Part shown: positions 49,662-59,185 of the stretch, piece by piece | How the letters are laid out: each line of letters begins with the position of its first letter | Position numbering within the stretch: the first letter of the stretch is position 1 | Source: Nannocystales bacterium | Lineage (GTDB): Bacteria > Myxococcota_A > Polyangia > Nannocystales > Nannocystaceae | DNA: 64,000 nt | Direction of reading: 5' to 3' | NCBI GenBank assembly: GCA_050633305.1 | Contig: JBOEGF010000018.1 | Coordinates: 544,001 to 608,000 of the forward strand | Made by a program: the position numbers and the translations under genes | Notes under the pieces: generated by a model | Databases searched by the model: none | Told to the model about the DNA's origin: nothing | What the model saw: only the letters and a program-made list of their open reading frames with translations

Positions 49662-50741
49662 ATGCGAATTCTGTACGTCGAGCCGTTCGAGAGTGGATCA
49701 CATGCGGCGTTCTCGCGGGTCCTCACCCGCGCGATTGACGCAAGGTGGACGTCCCTGACGCTTCCGGGTCGCCATTGGAAGTGGCGGATGCGTGGGAGTG
49801 CGGCCTACTTCGCACTGGCGCACGCCGAGGCGCTCGCGAAGCCCTACGACCTCGTGGTCGCGTCCTCGTACGTGCCGTTGGCCGAGCTGGTCGGACTCGT
49901 GCCGGCGCTACGAGACGTGCCCCGGGTGCTGTACTTCCACGAGAACCAGCTCGCGTTTCCGACGCTGGGACCTGCGGAGCCTCGTGACCACCACTTCGGG
50001 TTCACGCAGCTGGTCTCGGCACTGGCCGCCGACCGGTGCGTGTTCAACTCCGCGTTCAATCGGGACTCGTTCCTCGATGCGGGGGATGCGTTGCTCCGAC
50101 GGATGCCGGACGCGGTGCCCTGCGGGTGGGTTCAACGCATTCGGGACCGCTCCTGTGTCCTCGGCGTACCGCTCGAGCTGACTTCGGACCCCGTTGCGGA
50201 GGCTTCGGACGATCCGGAGGGGCCGCTGCTGCTGTGGAACCATCGCTGGGAGCACGACAAGAACCCGCAGACCTGCCTGGAGGGCCTTGCCCAAGTCGCC
50301 TCCGAGGGACGGGCGTTTCGTGTCGCCGTGTGTGGCCAGCGGTTCTCCCGCGTACCGCCCGTCTTCGCAGCGACCGAATCCGCGCTGCGCTCGCGGGCTG
50401 TGCAGTGGGGTCCAGCAGACGCGGCGGGCTATCGGGCGTTGCTCGATCGTGCCGACGTCGTGTTGTCGACCGCGCATCACGAGTTCTTCGGTGTCTCGGT
50501 GATGGAGGCAGTCCACCACGGGGCGCGCCCGCTGGTACCCGACCGCCTCGCGTACCGCGAGCTGTGGCCTGAAGAGTTCCGCTACGAGGATGACGCGGCG
50601 TTCGTTCCCACACTGCGCGCGCTGCTGGACTCTGGGGCTCCGTTGCGGGCGGACCGTCGTGACCTCACGAAGCCATTCTCGGCACCCAAGCTCATTCCGC
50701 GTTTCGCGGAGCTGTTCGACGAACTCGTCTCGAAAGCTTGA
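49662..50741 (+). CDS. DUF3524/GTDC1 (QTMAN)-like GT-B glycosyltransferase
   Basis: EPF..GSH, WKWRMRGSA, YFHENQL, WNHRWEHDKNP, HEFFG. Confidence 0.88.
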   Translation: MRILYVEPFESGSHAAFSRVLTRAIDARWTSLTLPGRHWKWRMRGSAAYFALAHAEALAKPYDLVVASSYVPLAELVGLVPALRDVPRVLYFHENQLAFPTLGPAEPRDHHFGFTQLVSALAADRCVFNSAFNRDSFLDAGDALLRRMPDAVPCGWVQRIRDRSCVLGVPLELTSDPVAEASDDPEGPLLLWNHRWEHDKNPQTCLEGLAQVASEGRAFRVAVCGQRFSRVPPVFAATESALRSRAVQWGPADAAGYRALLDRADVVLSTAHHEFFGVSVMEAVHHGARPLVPDRLAYRELWPEEFRYEDDAAFVPTLRALLDSGAPLRADRRDLTKPFSAPKLIPRFAELFDELVSKA

Positions 50742-50765
50742 ACGGGCCGCGATACAGTCCGCCCG

Positions 50766-51887
50766 ATGTCCGTCGCCCGCCCGTACAACTTCTCCGCTGG
50801 CCCCGCGATTCTGCCCACGTCGGTGTTCGAAGAGACCGCGGCCGCCGTCCGGCAGCTCAACGTCCCCGGTGACGAGTCGCTCGAGTCCAAGCTCTCCATC
50901 CTCGAGATCTCGCACCGAAGCAAGACGTTCGACGCGATTCACAACGATGCCATCGCGCTCGTGCACGAGGTGCTCGGTGTGCCCGACGACTACGAGGTGC
51001 TGTTGCTTCAGGGCGGGGCGAGCCTGCAGTTCGCGATGCTTCCGATGAACCTGGGCGTCCAAGGCAAACCCGCTGCCTACGTGGACACCGGAGCCTGGTC
51101 TGCCAAGGCGATCAAGGAGAGCAAGGGCTTGGGCGACACGCTCGTCGTCGCGTCGAGCAAAGAGACGACCTACGACCACATCCCTGCGCGGGATACGTGG
51201 TCCGACTTCGCCGGGTCCAGCTACCTGCACGTCACGTCGAACAACACGATCTACGGCACCGAGTTCGCCGAACTCCCCGAGTCCGGCGATGTGCCGCTCA
51301 TCGTCGACCTCAGCAGCAACATCGGCAGCCGTCCCATGGCGCTCGAGAACGTCGCGCTGGGCTATGCGGGCGCGCAGAAGAACCTCGGCCCCTCTGGGGT
51401 CACTCTCGTCTTCGCGCGCAAGGACCTGCTGGCACGCGAGGCGCCCGGCTACGTGCCCACGATCCTTCGCTACGGGACGCACGTCGAGAAGAACAGCCTG
51501 TTCAACACGCCCAACACGTTCGGCATCCTCGTTCTGCGCAACGTGCTTCGATGGGTCAAGCGAAGCGGTGGGGTCGAGGCCGTGGGCAAGGTCAACGCCG
51601 CAAAGGCGGGCAAGCTCTACGCTGCTCTGGATGAGAGCAGCTTGTTCGGCGCTCACGCCAAGGATGGGAGTCGCTCCCAGATGAACGTGACGTGGACCCT
51701 CCAGGGCGATGAGAGCGGGGAGAAAACCAAGGCCTTCCTCGCCGCCACGGCACAAGCCGGCCTCAGTGGCCTCAAGGGACACCGATCGGTGGGGGGCTGT
51801 CGCGCCTCGATCTACAACGCGTTCCCCGAAGATGGCGTCGATGCCCTCGTCGAGTTCATGCGAGAGTTTGAGCGTACGCAAGGATGA
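50766..51887 (+). CDS. serC: Phosphoserine aminotransferase
   Basis: NFSAGPA, EISHRS, QGGA, NNTIYG, AGAQKN.GP, GHRSVGG.RASIYNA. Confidence 0.97.
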   Translation: MSVARPYNFSAGPAILPTSVFEETAAAVRQLNVPGDESLESKLSILEISHRSKTFDAIHNDAIALVHEVLGVPDDYEVLLLQGGASLQFAMLPMNLGVQGKPAAYVDTGAWSAKAIKESKGLGDTLVVASSKETTYDHIPARDTWSDFAGSSYLHVTSNNTIYGTEFAELPESGDVPLIVDLSSNIGSRPMALENVALGYAGAQKNLGPSGVTLVFARKDLLAREAPGYVPTILRYGTHVEKNSLFNTPNTFGILVLRNVLRWVKRSGGVEAVGKVNAAKAGKLYAALDESSLFGAHAKDGSRSQMNVTWTLQGDESGEKTKAFLAATAQAGLSGLKGHRSVGGCRASIYNAFPEDGVDALVEFMREFERTQG

Positions 51888-52573
51888 GCGCGCAGTACCC
51901 AGTCGAGGCCCCCGGGTGGGCCGCGCTCGACCGTGTCGGGCTCACGATCTACCCAGGGCAAACCCCGCACCAGTTCGCGAGCCAGACCGGCTACGACCTC
52001 GATAGTCCCAACCCGCTCCCCGCGATCTGTGTGTGGGAGGGCTCCAATCCGGAGCATTGGCACTACGTCACCTATGGCCTGACCGAGCTGTTCGAAAAGT
52101 CATCGGACGACCCCAAGGTCTCGGGCTTCGGATTTGAGATCACGTTTCGGCTGCCTCGAGCGGCTGACGAGACCCAGCCTCCGACCTGGCCGATCCACAT
52201 GCTGCAAGGCATCGGGCACTACGCACTGTCCGGTCATGGTGGGTTCGACACCGGGCACATGATCGACCTCGGGGGTCCACTGGCCGCAGTGTCAGAGGGC
52301 GGAGAACCCTCGAAGTTGCACGGAGTGATCACCATCCCGGATCCCAGTTTCGGCAAGGTCGACACCCAGTTCGGCTCGATTCTGTTTCTGCAACTGTTCG
52401 GGATCACATCCGAAGAACTCGAGTCCATGCAGAACTGGCCGATGGAGCGGCGGGTGGGGCTGGTGCGCGAGGTCGAGCCTTTCGGGCTGACTCGCGTGGA
52501 GCGCGGCGCGTTCTCGGAGAGCCGCGAGACCGCGGCGGCTTGGCGTCGCCATGCGCTGGGTGTGTTGGTGTAG
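51884..52573 (+). CDS. Suppressor-of-fused (SUFU) domain protein
   Basis: YPGQ.P, HWHYVTYGLTEL, SGFGFEITFRL, PPTWP, FLQLFGIT. Confidence 0.88.
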   Translation: MSAQYPVEAPGWAALDRVGLTIYPGQTPHQFASQTGYDLDSPNPLPAICVWEGSNPEHWHYVTYGLTELFEKSSDDPKVSGFGFEITFRLPRAADETQPPTWPIHMLQGIGHYALSGHGGFDTGHMIDLGGPLAAVSEGGEPSKLHGVITIPDPSFGKVDTQFGSILFLQLFGITSEELESMQNWPMERRVGLVREVEPFGLTRVERGAFSESRETAAAWRRHALGVLV

Positions 52574-52631
52574 GGACATCTTTCGCTCAGCGCTTGGGTC
52601 CGCACGACTCGGTGCGCTATCGTTGCTTCGG

Positions 52632-53489
52632 ATGCGGGTTTGGACGGACTCCTTGCGGTGCTTGGTGGCGTGTGTGCTGCCGATGACTGCGTGCGCGGGG
52701 GGTGCGGACGTCGACAGCGGCAACTGTGGGACGTTCGGTCAAGGCTGTGTCAACGACTCCGCGTCCATGACGGAAGGATCCGCCACGTCCGGCACTGCGC
52801 CGACCTCGGGCGGCAACAGCAACACCGACAGCAACTCGGGTTTCGTCACCACGGGGATGGGCTCGAGTTCGGGGACCGGCGGGGGCCCCGGCGGCAACTG
52901 CATCGACGTCGATGGCGATGGCTACGGGGAAGGCTGCGTGCCTGGGGACGACTGCGACGACGACAACGTCGACATCAACCCTGGGGTCATGGAGCAGTGT
53001 GATGCCATCGACTGGAACTGCGACGACGATCCCGCAGCCGGGTGCGAGTGCGAGGACGACGGCGTGGGGAGCAACTGCAACCTTCCTTTCGACCTCGGCG
53101 TGATCGCTGTCGACACCTCGAAGACCGGGGTGGTGGGCAACGTGCCAGTCGAGAACAACTTCGACTGGTACCAGGTCAGCTTCCCCACGGAGGGGAGACC
53201 CGGCGAGGGCACCCCGACGATCGGATTCGCGGTCAACACCGAGGAGCAGTTCGTCTTCGATGTCCTGACCGACCAGTGTGGCGCCGGCGGGATGCCATGC
53301 GGTAACGCGGGCGCCCCCGAAGGGCTGGCCGAGGGACTCACCGACTTCAGCTTTGTCGACGACGACCCTGGATGCTGTACCGAGCCGATGCACGCTTTGG
53401 TTCAGTGGCCTGACCTCGTCTACATCCGTGTCTATCGGACGACACCCGGCAGCAGCTGCGCCGTCTACCAGCTCGAAGTTTCGCGCTGA
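52632..53489 (+). CDS. Cys/Asp-rich lipoprotein with putative metal-binding (MopE-related) repeat
   Basis: DVDGDGY...DCDD..INPG..EQCD.ID.NCD. Confidence 0.8.
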   Translation: MRVWTDSLRCLVACVLPMTACAGGADVDSGNCGTFGQGCVNDSASMTEGSATSGTAPTSGGNSNTDSNSGFVTTGMGSSSGTGGGPGGNCIDVDGDGYGEGCVPGDDCDDDNVDINPGVMEQCDAIDWNCDDDPAAGCECEDDGVGSNCNLPFDLGVIAVDTSKTGVVGNVPVENNFDWYQVSFPTEGRPGEGTPTIGFAVNTEEQFVFDVLTDQCGAGGMPCGNAGAPEGLAEGLTDFSFVDDDPGCCTEPMHALVQWPDLVYIRVYRTTPGSSCAVYQLEVSR

Positions 53490-53513
53490 GTCGCCCCGCC
53501 CAACCCTGACCGG

Positions 53514-54368
53514 CTACTCGTGCACCGCCCAGAACGTGTTGCTGGCTGAGTACACTGCCGCGGGGTCCTCGACGTGCGGATAGTGGCCGATGTTGGGGAT
53601 GTGTACGACGTCGGCGTCAGGCACGAGGTCTGCGTACCGTTGTGCCGCATGTCGGCCTGAGACCGGGTCGGCGTTGCCGTTGATCACACGAGTGGGGACC
53701 AGGTTGTCCAGGAGCGGGCGCACCCATCGCTCACGGTGCGTCTTTCGCTCCTCCATGTAGCGGATCAAGTGCGGCAGGGCGGTGCGTCCTCCGTCGGCGA
53801 CGAGCAGCGCCCAGCTCCCGCGAAGGAAGGCGTCGCTCGGCGGCGTGTCCGGCCCGAAGATGCGCTCCATCGAACGCCGAAACGTGCGCTCGCTCGACAG
53901 CCGAGCGACCCACCGCCCCAGCGGGGAGATCAGCAAGCGCTGAATGGGCCTTGGTCGATGCGTCTCGGGGAACAATCCGCCGTTGAGGAACACCGCCGAC
54001 GTCCACTTGATGTGGCTCGAGCCGTCGGCTTGGCGGGCGAGGAGCTCCTGCCCTACGCTGTCGCCAAGGTCGTGGCAAAAGAGGTGCGCCTGCTTCACGC
54101 CACAGGACTCGAGCACCGCCTCGGCGAGATCGGCTTGCTGCGAGACGGGGAGTGGGCGGTCTGGCTTAGAGGCCCGACCGAGTCCGAACAGGTCGAATGC
54201 GATGGCGCGACGGTGCGCGGTCAGGTCGGCCCACAGCGGCTCGAAGTCCCACGACGATGTCGGAAACCCGTGCAGGCACAAGACGGCTGGACCATCGCCT
54301 TCGTCACGAACCACGGTCGAGTCGGAGCCATGTTGCAACCGGTTGGTGTGTGCGTACCAATCGTCCAC
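53514..54368 (-). CDS. Alpha/beta hydrolase, MEST/epoxide-hydrolase-like
   Basis: HGFPTSSWD, HDLGDSV (Asp nucleophile), LNGGLFPE.HRP, DPVSG, GHYP. Confidence 0.9.
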   Translation of the reverse strand: MDDWYAHTNRLQHGSDSTVVRDEGDGPAVLCLHGFPTSSWDFEPLWADLTAHRRAIAFDLFGLGRASKPDRPLPVSQQADLAEAVLESCGVKQAHLFCHDLGDSVGQELLARQADGSSHIKWTSAVFLNGGLFPETHRPRPIQRLLISPLGRWVARLSSERTFRRSMERIFGPDTPPSDAFLRGSWALLVADGGRTALPHLIRYMEERKTHRERWVRPLLDNLVPTRVINGNADPVSGRHAAQRYADLVPDADVVHIPNIGHYPHVEDPAAVYSASNTFWAVHE

Positions 54369-54562
54369 CGCGGCAGGCTAGCACCGGCGGACCTCGCGTC
54401 TCGGGGTCCCTTGGCCCCGACTCGGGCGACGGCTCGGCTTGGGTGCCGAGTTGGGTTCAATCGAGGCCGGGTTGGTGGAACCCCCAACGCGAGGTTGCTG
54501 CCGAAGGGGGAACCATCCTTGGTGCGGACGGCACGCCGGCCGTCGTCACCGAACGCCCGAGC

Positions 54563-55150
54563 TCACCCAGACGTTGTGCCGCCCGTGCTGGTGTCCGTGC
54601 CCGTGCTGGTGTCCGTGCCCGTGCTGGTGTCCGTGCCCGTGCTGGTGGCAGTGCCCGTTCCGCTGGTGCCGTCCCCATCCGTATCGTCACCTCCATCGGA
54701 CCCGGTTGACACATAGGTGTCCTGGGGGGGGACGCAACCGTCGTAGAATCCAAACGACAGCTCGCGGCTATTCTGGTCCGGACAGACTGCGCCGGTTGTG
54801 CTCAATGCGCTCTCGTCGCAGTCTTGGTATCGGGCGAAAACTTCGATCGGCTGCCCCGCGCCCTCGTAGATGAAACACGCGCCTTGGGTGCAGTTCTCCG
54901 CCGGGGTTCGGGGGCCGCCCGCGACGCTGTATTCGACCTCTGCGGACACCAATCCTCCGGTGTTGAGCGCGAGCCAGACGACAACGGTGGGTTGCATCGA
55001 ACAGTCCGTGGGCGTCGCTCCGCTGGAGGCATTCCCTGTACCGCCGGAACCGACGCCTGCGGTGTCGGTCTCGCCGGCTTGCGGGGATGAACCCCCGCAC
55101 CCTACGGCACACATCACTATCAACAGTCCAATCCTGGATAAGCTATTCAT
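54563..55150 (-). CDS. Hypothetical lipoprotein with C-terminal (TSTGTD)n tail
   Basis: AVGC lipobox; 6-Cys domain; Thr/Ser/Gly repeats. Confidence 0.7.
   Translation of the reverse strand: MNSLSRIGLLIVMCAVGCGGSSPQAGETDTAGVGSGGTGNASSGATPTDCSMQPTVVVWLALNTGGLVSAEVEYSVAGGPRTPAENCTQGACFIYEGAGQPIEVFARYQDCDESALSTTGAVCPDQNSRELSFGFYDGCVPPQDTYVSTGSDGGDDTDGDGTSGTGTATSTGTDTSTGTDTSTGTDTSTGGTTSG
54581..54652. repeat. 18-bp tandem repeat, coding
   Basis: GCCCGTGCTGGTGTCCGT x3 exact plus one variant. Confidence 0.9.
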
Positions 55151-55289
55151 AGTGTCACAATAGCATGTGGCCGAGGCATCTCGATGCCTCATCTGCAGCC
55201 AGGGACACCCCGCTCCGGCCCGAGAGCGCAACCCGCTGCGGGGGGCACACGGCCGACGTCATTGCTGGTTCAAGGGCAGTGCAGCCCGC

Positions 55290-56726
55290 CTACTCGCGCA
55301 TGCCCAACTCGCATGTCAGGCGTCCGTTTTTTTTGACGATTTCCCATGGCGGAAGTGGGGGCAAGGGCTGCGCAGCGTCGGTGCAGCCGGGATCGGCGCC
55401 ATCGGCTTCGTGGTCGAAGTCGTTGTCGACCTGGTCGGTGCACGCCGTCGTGGAATCCTTGGACTCCGGGTCGGGGTTTGCGGTGAGCCAGGTATCGGGA
55501 ATGTCGTTCCACAACATCTCGAAGAACGTCTCGTACTGCTTCGCGAGCGCAGGGCTGTGCACGATGATGGTGTTTTCGTCGTTCTTCGTATCACCCGAGG
55601 AGGTCCAGTTCATCGAGCCGGTGACCACGGTCTCACCGTCGATGACGGCGGACTTCATGTGCATCTTGCCGCCCCAGTTCTCAACCTTGACGGCGATACC
55701 CGCGGCCCGCAGCAACTCGTGCTTGGTGTAGCCGTTCTTGGCCCCTGTCGCGTCCATGATCACGCGCACTCGAACGCCGCGGCGGTAGGCATCGATGAGG
55801 TCGGCGACGACGTGCTTGTGCGTCAGGAAGAACACGGCGATGTCGATCCTGCTCTGCGCGTTGCGAAGGAGCGGCCGTAGTCGTGAGCTGATCGGGGACT
55901 CTTGCGGGGAGAAGTAGACCTCCAACTCGGCGTCCGGGAGTTTGAGCTTCTTCTCCCCTCTCGGCTTGGGCTTACGCCCGTGGTACCGGCCGTCCTCGTA
56001 CATCTGCTCGAACTCTTCGGTGTACCAGGCGGCGAGTGTCTTCGACTCGACCACGGTGACGAGGTTGGCATTGTAGCCACCGGTGCCGGAGTCACTGACG
56101 TTGGTCGACCCGGTCCAGACGTGGCGCCCATCCACGATGAAGAACTTGTCGTGCATGATCTTGGCGCCGCCTTCGATGGGCTCGCGGCTGGCATGGGCCG
56201 CGAGCAGACACGATTCTCCGAGGTCGTAGGCGAGGCACTGCAACGGCCCTTCAAATCCGTCGGGGCGGTCGCACTTGGGCTCGCGGTCGTAGCGTGCCCG
56301 AGCTTCCTGCTTGGCGATCTTGCGGTCGGCTTTGAGGTCGCTACGGACGTTCTCAATCACCGCGACGAGCTCCTCGGTGCTCGAGTAGTAGTTCTGCCCT
56401 TCGAGGTCTCGATCGACGACACCCCGGACCTCAACGCCGCGGGACTTGGCCGCGACCAGGGCGGTCTTGATCACGGTTTGGTTTCGCATCCCATAGATCG
56501 CGAAGTCGATGCTGGTCTGTGCGCTCTCGATCAGCCCGAGGAGCGCCTTGCAGTGCTCGGCCTCGCAGATATCCTGCGGGCGGTCGAACTGCGTGGGGTC
56601 GTTGAGGATGAGCTGGATCGAGCCGTCTTCGATGACCGGCTTGCCGTCCATAGGCAGGTCGGATGCTGTCTTGGGCTCGCAGCCGAGGAGGCCGAGCAGA
56701 GGGAGCAGGGGCAACGCCGTGCGCAC
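55290..56726 (-). CDS. Phospholipase D/Nuc-family lipoprotein with two HKD motifs
   Basis: LLGC lipobox; [13 protein letters not shown] and [17 protein letters not shown]. Confidence 0.9.
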   Translation of the reverse strand: MRTALPLLPLLGLLGCEPKTASDLPMDGKPVIEDGSIQLILNDPTQFDRPQDICEAEHCKALLGLIESAQTSIDFAIYGMRNQTVIKTALVAAKSRGVEVRGVVDRDLEGQNYYSSTEELVAVIENVRSDLKADRKIAKQEARARYDREPKCDRPDGFEGPLQCLAYDLGESCLLAAHASREPIEGGAKIMHDKFFIVDGRHVWTGSTNVSDSGTGGYNANLVTVVESKTLAAWYTEEFEQMYEDGRYHGRKPKPRGEKKLKLPDAELEVYFSPQESPISSRLRPLLRNAQSRIDIAVFFLTHKHVVADLIDAYRRGVRVRVIMDATGAKNGYTKHELLRAAGIAVKVENWGGKMHMKSAVIDGETVVTGSMNWTSSGDTKNDENTIIVHSPALAKQYETFFEMLWNDIPDTWLTANPDPESKDSTTACTDQVDNDFDHEADGADPGCTDAAQPLPPLPPWEIVKKNGRLTCELGMRE

Positions 56727-56815
56727 CGGCCCAGTCTACTCCGCCCGGTGTCCTCCTGCTGCCTCGGTCAGTTCTCGGTCGCACGGTACCGATGGCATCG
56801 GCTACTGTGGACGCC

Positions 56816-57388
56816 ATGCACGGCCAAGGCAACGGTGGCGGACAGTGGGGGAATGGACAGCCGCCCGGCGGACAGCCTCCGCAGCCCGGGCATCCTCAGC
56901 AAGGCTACCCGCAGCCGGGTCATCCTCAGCAGGGCTACCCGCAGCCAGGTCATCCGCAGCAGGGGCATCCGCAGCCGGGCCATCCGCCGCAAGGGTATCC
57001 ACAGCCGGGGCATCCGCCCCCAGGCCATCCGCCCCCAGGCCATCCGCAGCAACCCTACGCGGGACCACCTGCTCAACTCACGTCCGGGCTGTACATCACC
57101 GCGGAGTTCATCTTCTTGCAGTGGATGCTCCTGATGACCAACCCGGTGGTCACCGTGTATGGCAGGCCGATCCCGTTCAAATGGAATCGCCCGCAAGTGG
57201 TCCCGCTGCCACCGGGCAACCACCCGATCAACATCCACTTTCCGTGGGTGTTTCAGAAGGGCAACAGCACGGACGCGGTTGTCCCGGTTCACCCCGGGCA
57301 CGCCACCGAGCTGAAGTACAGCACCGCGCTGTTCGTCTTCACCTCAGGAACGATCGTCCCACGCGGCTTTCGCCCGTGGGGGACCTAA
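56816..57388 (+). CDS. Hypothetical protein with Pro/Gln/Gly/His repeat N-terminus
   Basis: [10 protein letters not shown] repeats then about 100-aa beta-rich domain. Confidence 0.75.
   Translation: MHGQGNGGGQWGNGQPPGGQPPQPGHPQQGYPQPGHPQQGYPQPGHPQQGHPQPGHPPQGYPQPGHPPPGHPPPGHPQQPYAGPPAQLTSGLYITAEFIFLQWMLLMTNPVVTVYGRPIPFKWNRPQVVPLPPGNHPINIHFPWVFQKGNSTDAVVPVHPGHATELKYSTALFVFTSGTIVPRGFRPWGT
56879..57058 (+). repeat. 15-bp unit tandem repeat (12 units), coding
   Basis: [10 protein letters not shown] alternation drifting to PPPGH. Confidence 0.85.
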
Positions 57389-57415
57389 GGCTGAGGCTCC
57401 GCCACACTCGCCGCG

Positions 57416-57611
57416 TCCATCGTTGAGCCGCGAGGAGTGATCGGAGTTTCCCTGCCTCTTTTCTTCTGCCTTCGGGGTCGAAACGCACCTGGAATGGCCG
57501 CGGTTCGACGCTGAGCCAAGGAGAGCAGGGTCTTCCCCCAGGTGCGGTGCGACCGAGCGTCACGGCTCGACGCGTTGGAACCAGCCGAGTTATTGTGCGC
57601 GCTCTCGGCTG
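57416..57611. ncRNA. Candidate structured RNA of unknown class
   Basis: Nested stems 57421-30/57563-72, 57476-80/57550-54, 57484-92/57538-46; extra hairpin 57582-611. Confidence 0.3.
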
Positions 57612-57628
57612 CAGGCTGGAGCGACGAG

Positions 57629-59143
57629 ATGCACGACGACAAGGATTCCAAGACGAGCACTCTGGGTAGGATGGGTGCGGAGGCGCGCGTTCGAGGAGTC
57701 TTGGCGGCGCTGCCTGACTTGATGTTCGTCATCTCGAGAGACCTGGTCTTCGAGGAGTACCAAACCCCGGATCCTGAGAAATTGCTGATGCCGCCGAGCA
57801 GTTTCGTCGGCAAGCGGGTGGACGAGGTCCTGCCGCCGGATGTGGCGAGTCGAGTGAACGATGCGGTGCGCGGGACCCTCGCGGACGGGGAGCGCCGAAC
57901 GGTCCCGTACGCGCTCGACTTCCCCGACGGACGACAGTGGTTCGAGGCAATCTCCGGTCTGTGTGATGAAGACTCTGTTCTCTTTGTCGTTCGCGATCGA
58001 ACACGACAGGTGCTCCTCGAGGAGCGCCTTCGGATGCGAGATCGGATGGCATCCCTGGGGACGCTCGCCTCGGGCGTCGCCCATGAGATCAACAACCCTC
58101 TGACCTACGTCTTGGGCAATCTCGACTTCATCCGCGACTCCATTGAGCCAGGCGGAGATGAGGACCTCCTCGGTGCGTTCTCGGACGTCGTCCACGGGCT
58201 CGAGCAGGTGTCAGGGTTGATCGCGGACCTTCGGGTGTTCTCGCACCCAGGAAGCACCGAGCCCACGGCTGTCGATCTCAACCACGTCGTTGAAGCGACC
58301 CTTCGTCTCGCCAAGGGGGCGCTCAATCGACACGCCGTGTGGACGTACGAGGCTCAAGAGCTCCCTGCGGTCGCCGGGAATGCCAGCCAGGTGGGCCAGG
58401 TCGTGCTGAACCTCGTGACCAACGCGATCGACGCCATCGGGTCGGGCGCGGCGACCGACAACGAGATTCGCATCGAGACGCATCACGATGACGAGAGGGT
58501 CACGTTGACCGTCAGCGACACGGGCGCTGGGATTCCTCCGGAGATCCGAGAACGCATCTTCGACCCCTTCGTCACGAGCCAAACGGTCGGCACGGGCACT
58601 GGGCTGGCACTCGCGGTCTGTCGCAGCCTCGTCGTGTCGCTCGGCGGCACCATTCGTGCTGAGTGTCGTTCGCCTCGCGGTACTGTGGTCACCGTCGCGT
58701 TCCCCCGCCACGAGGCCAAACCGACCGCCGTCCCCGAACGCAAGACCGAGCCGTGCACGTTCGCGCCGCAAGAGGCACGAATCCTCGTGGTGGACGACGA
58801 TGATCGCGTCGCACAGGTCACGGCCCGGGCCCTGGAGGGCTACGAAGTTGTTGTCGCCCTCGATGGAAGGGCTGCCCTCGAGGAGATTCGGCGAGGTCAG
58901 GCGTTCGACCTGGTGCTGTGCGACCTCATGATGCCGGGGATGACGGGCATGGAGCTGTACCGGGCCGTCGAGGACTCGGACCCCGACTTGGCCGGGCGTT
59001 TCGTTTTCATGACCGGTGCGGCCTACAGCCCCGACGCTCGCTCTTTTGTCGAGTCGACTGCCCGTCCGTTGCTGCAGAAGCCGTTCGCGCTCGCGAGCCT
59101 TCGGATGACGATCGCCGAACGGCTCCGCGTCTCACAGGCGTAG
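57629..59143 (+). CDS. PAS-domain hybrid histidine kinase with REC
   Basis: ALPDLMF PAS; GVAHEINNPL, NLVTNA, DTGAGI, VVDDD, LCDLMMP, KP. Confidence 0.93.
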   Translation: MHDDKDSKTSTLGRMGAEARVRGVLAALPDLMFVISRDLVFEEYQTPDPEKLLMPPSSFVGKRVDEVLPPDVASRVNDAVRGTLADGERRTVPYALDFPDGRQWFEAISGLCDEDSVLFVVRDRTRQVLLEERLRMRDRMASLGTLASGVAHEINNPLTYVLGNLDFIRDSIEPGGDEDLLGAFSDVVHGLEQVSGLIADLRVFSHPGSTEPTAVDLNHVVEATLRLAKGALNRHAVWTYEAQELPAVAGNASQVGQVVLNLVTNAIDAIGSGAATDNEIRIETHHDDERVTLTVSDTGAGIPPEIRERIFDPFVTSQTVGTGTGLALAVCRSLVVSLGGTIRAECRSPRGTVVTVAFPRHEAKPTAVPERKTEPCTFAPQEARILVVDDDDRVAQVTARALEGYEVVVALDGRAALEEIRRGQAFDLVLCDLMMPGMTGMELYRAVEDSDPDLAGRFVFMTGAAYSPDARSFVESTARPLLQKPFALASLRMTIAERLRVSQA

Positions 59144-59185
59144 CCAGCTGGCGTCTGTCTCGGCTTGGATGGGCGAGGCCGACGC

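Noticed and set aside
54581..54652. Direct repeats as a possible CRISPR array
   Set aside because: No spacers, in-frame 18-bp coding repeat, and no cas genes
57399..57412. Minus-strand GGCGAGTGTGG recalls a raiA-motif RNA segment
   Set aside because: The other conserved raiA blocks are absent; likely coincidence
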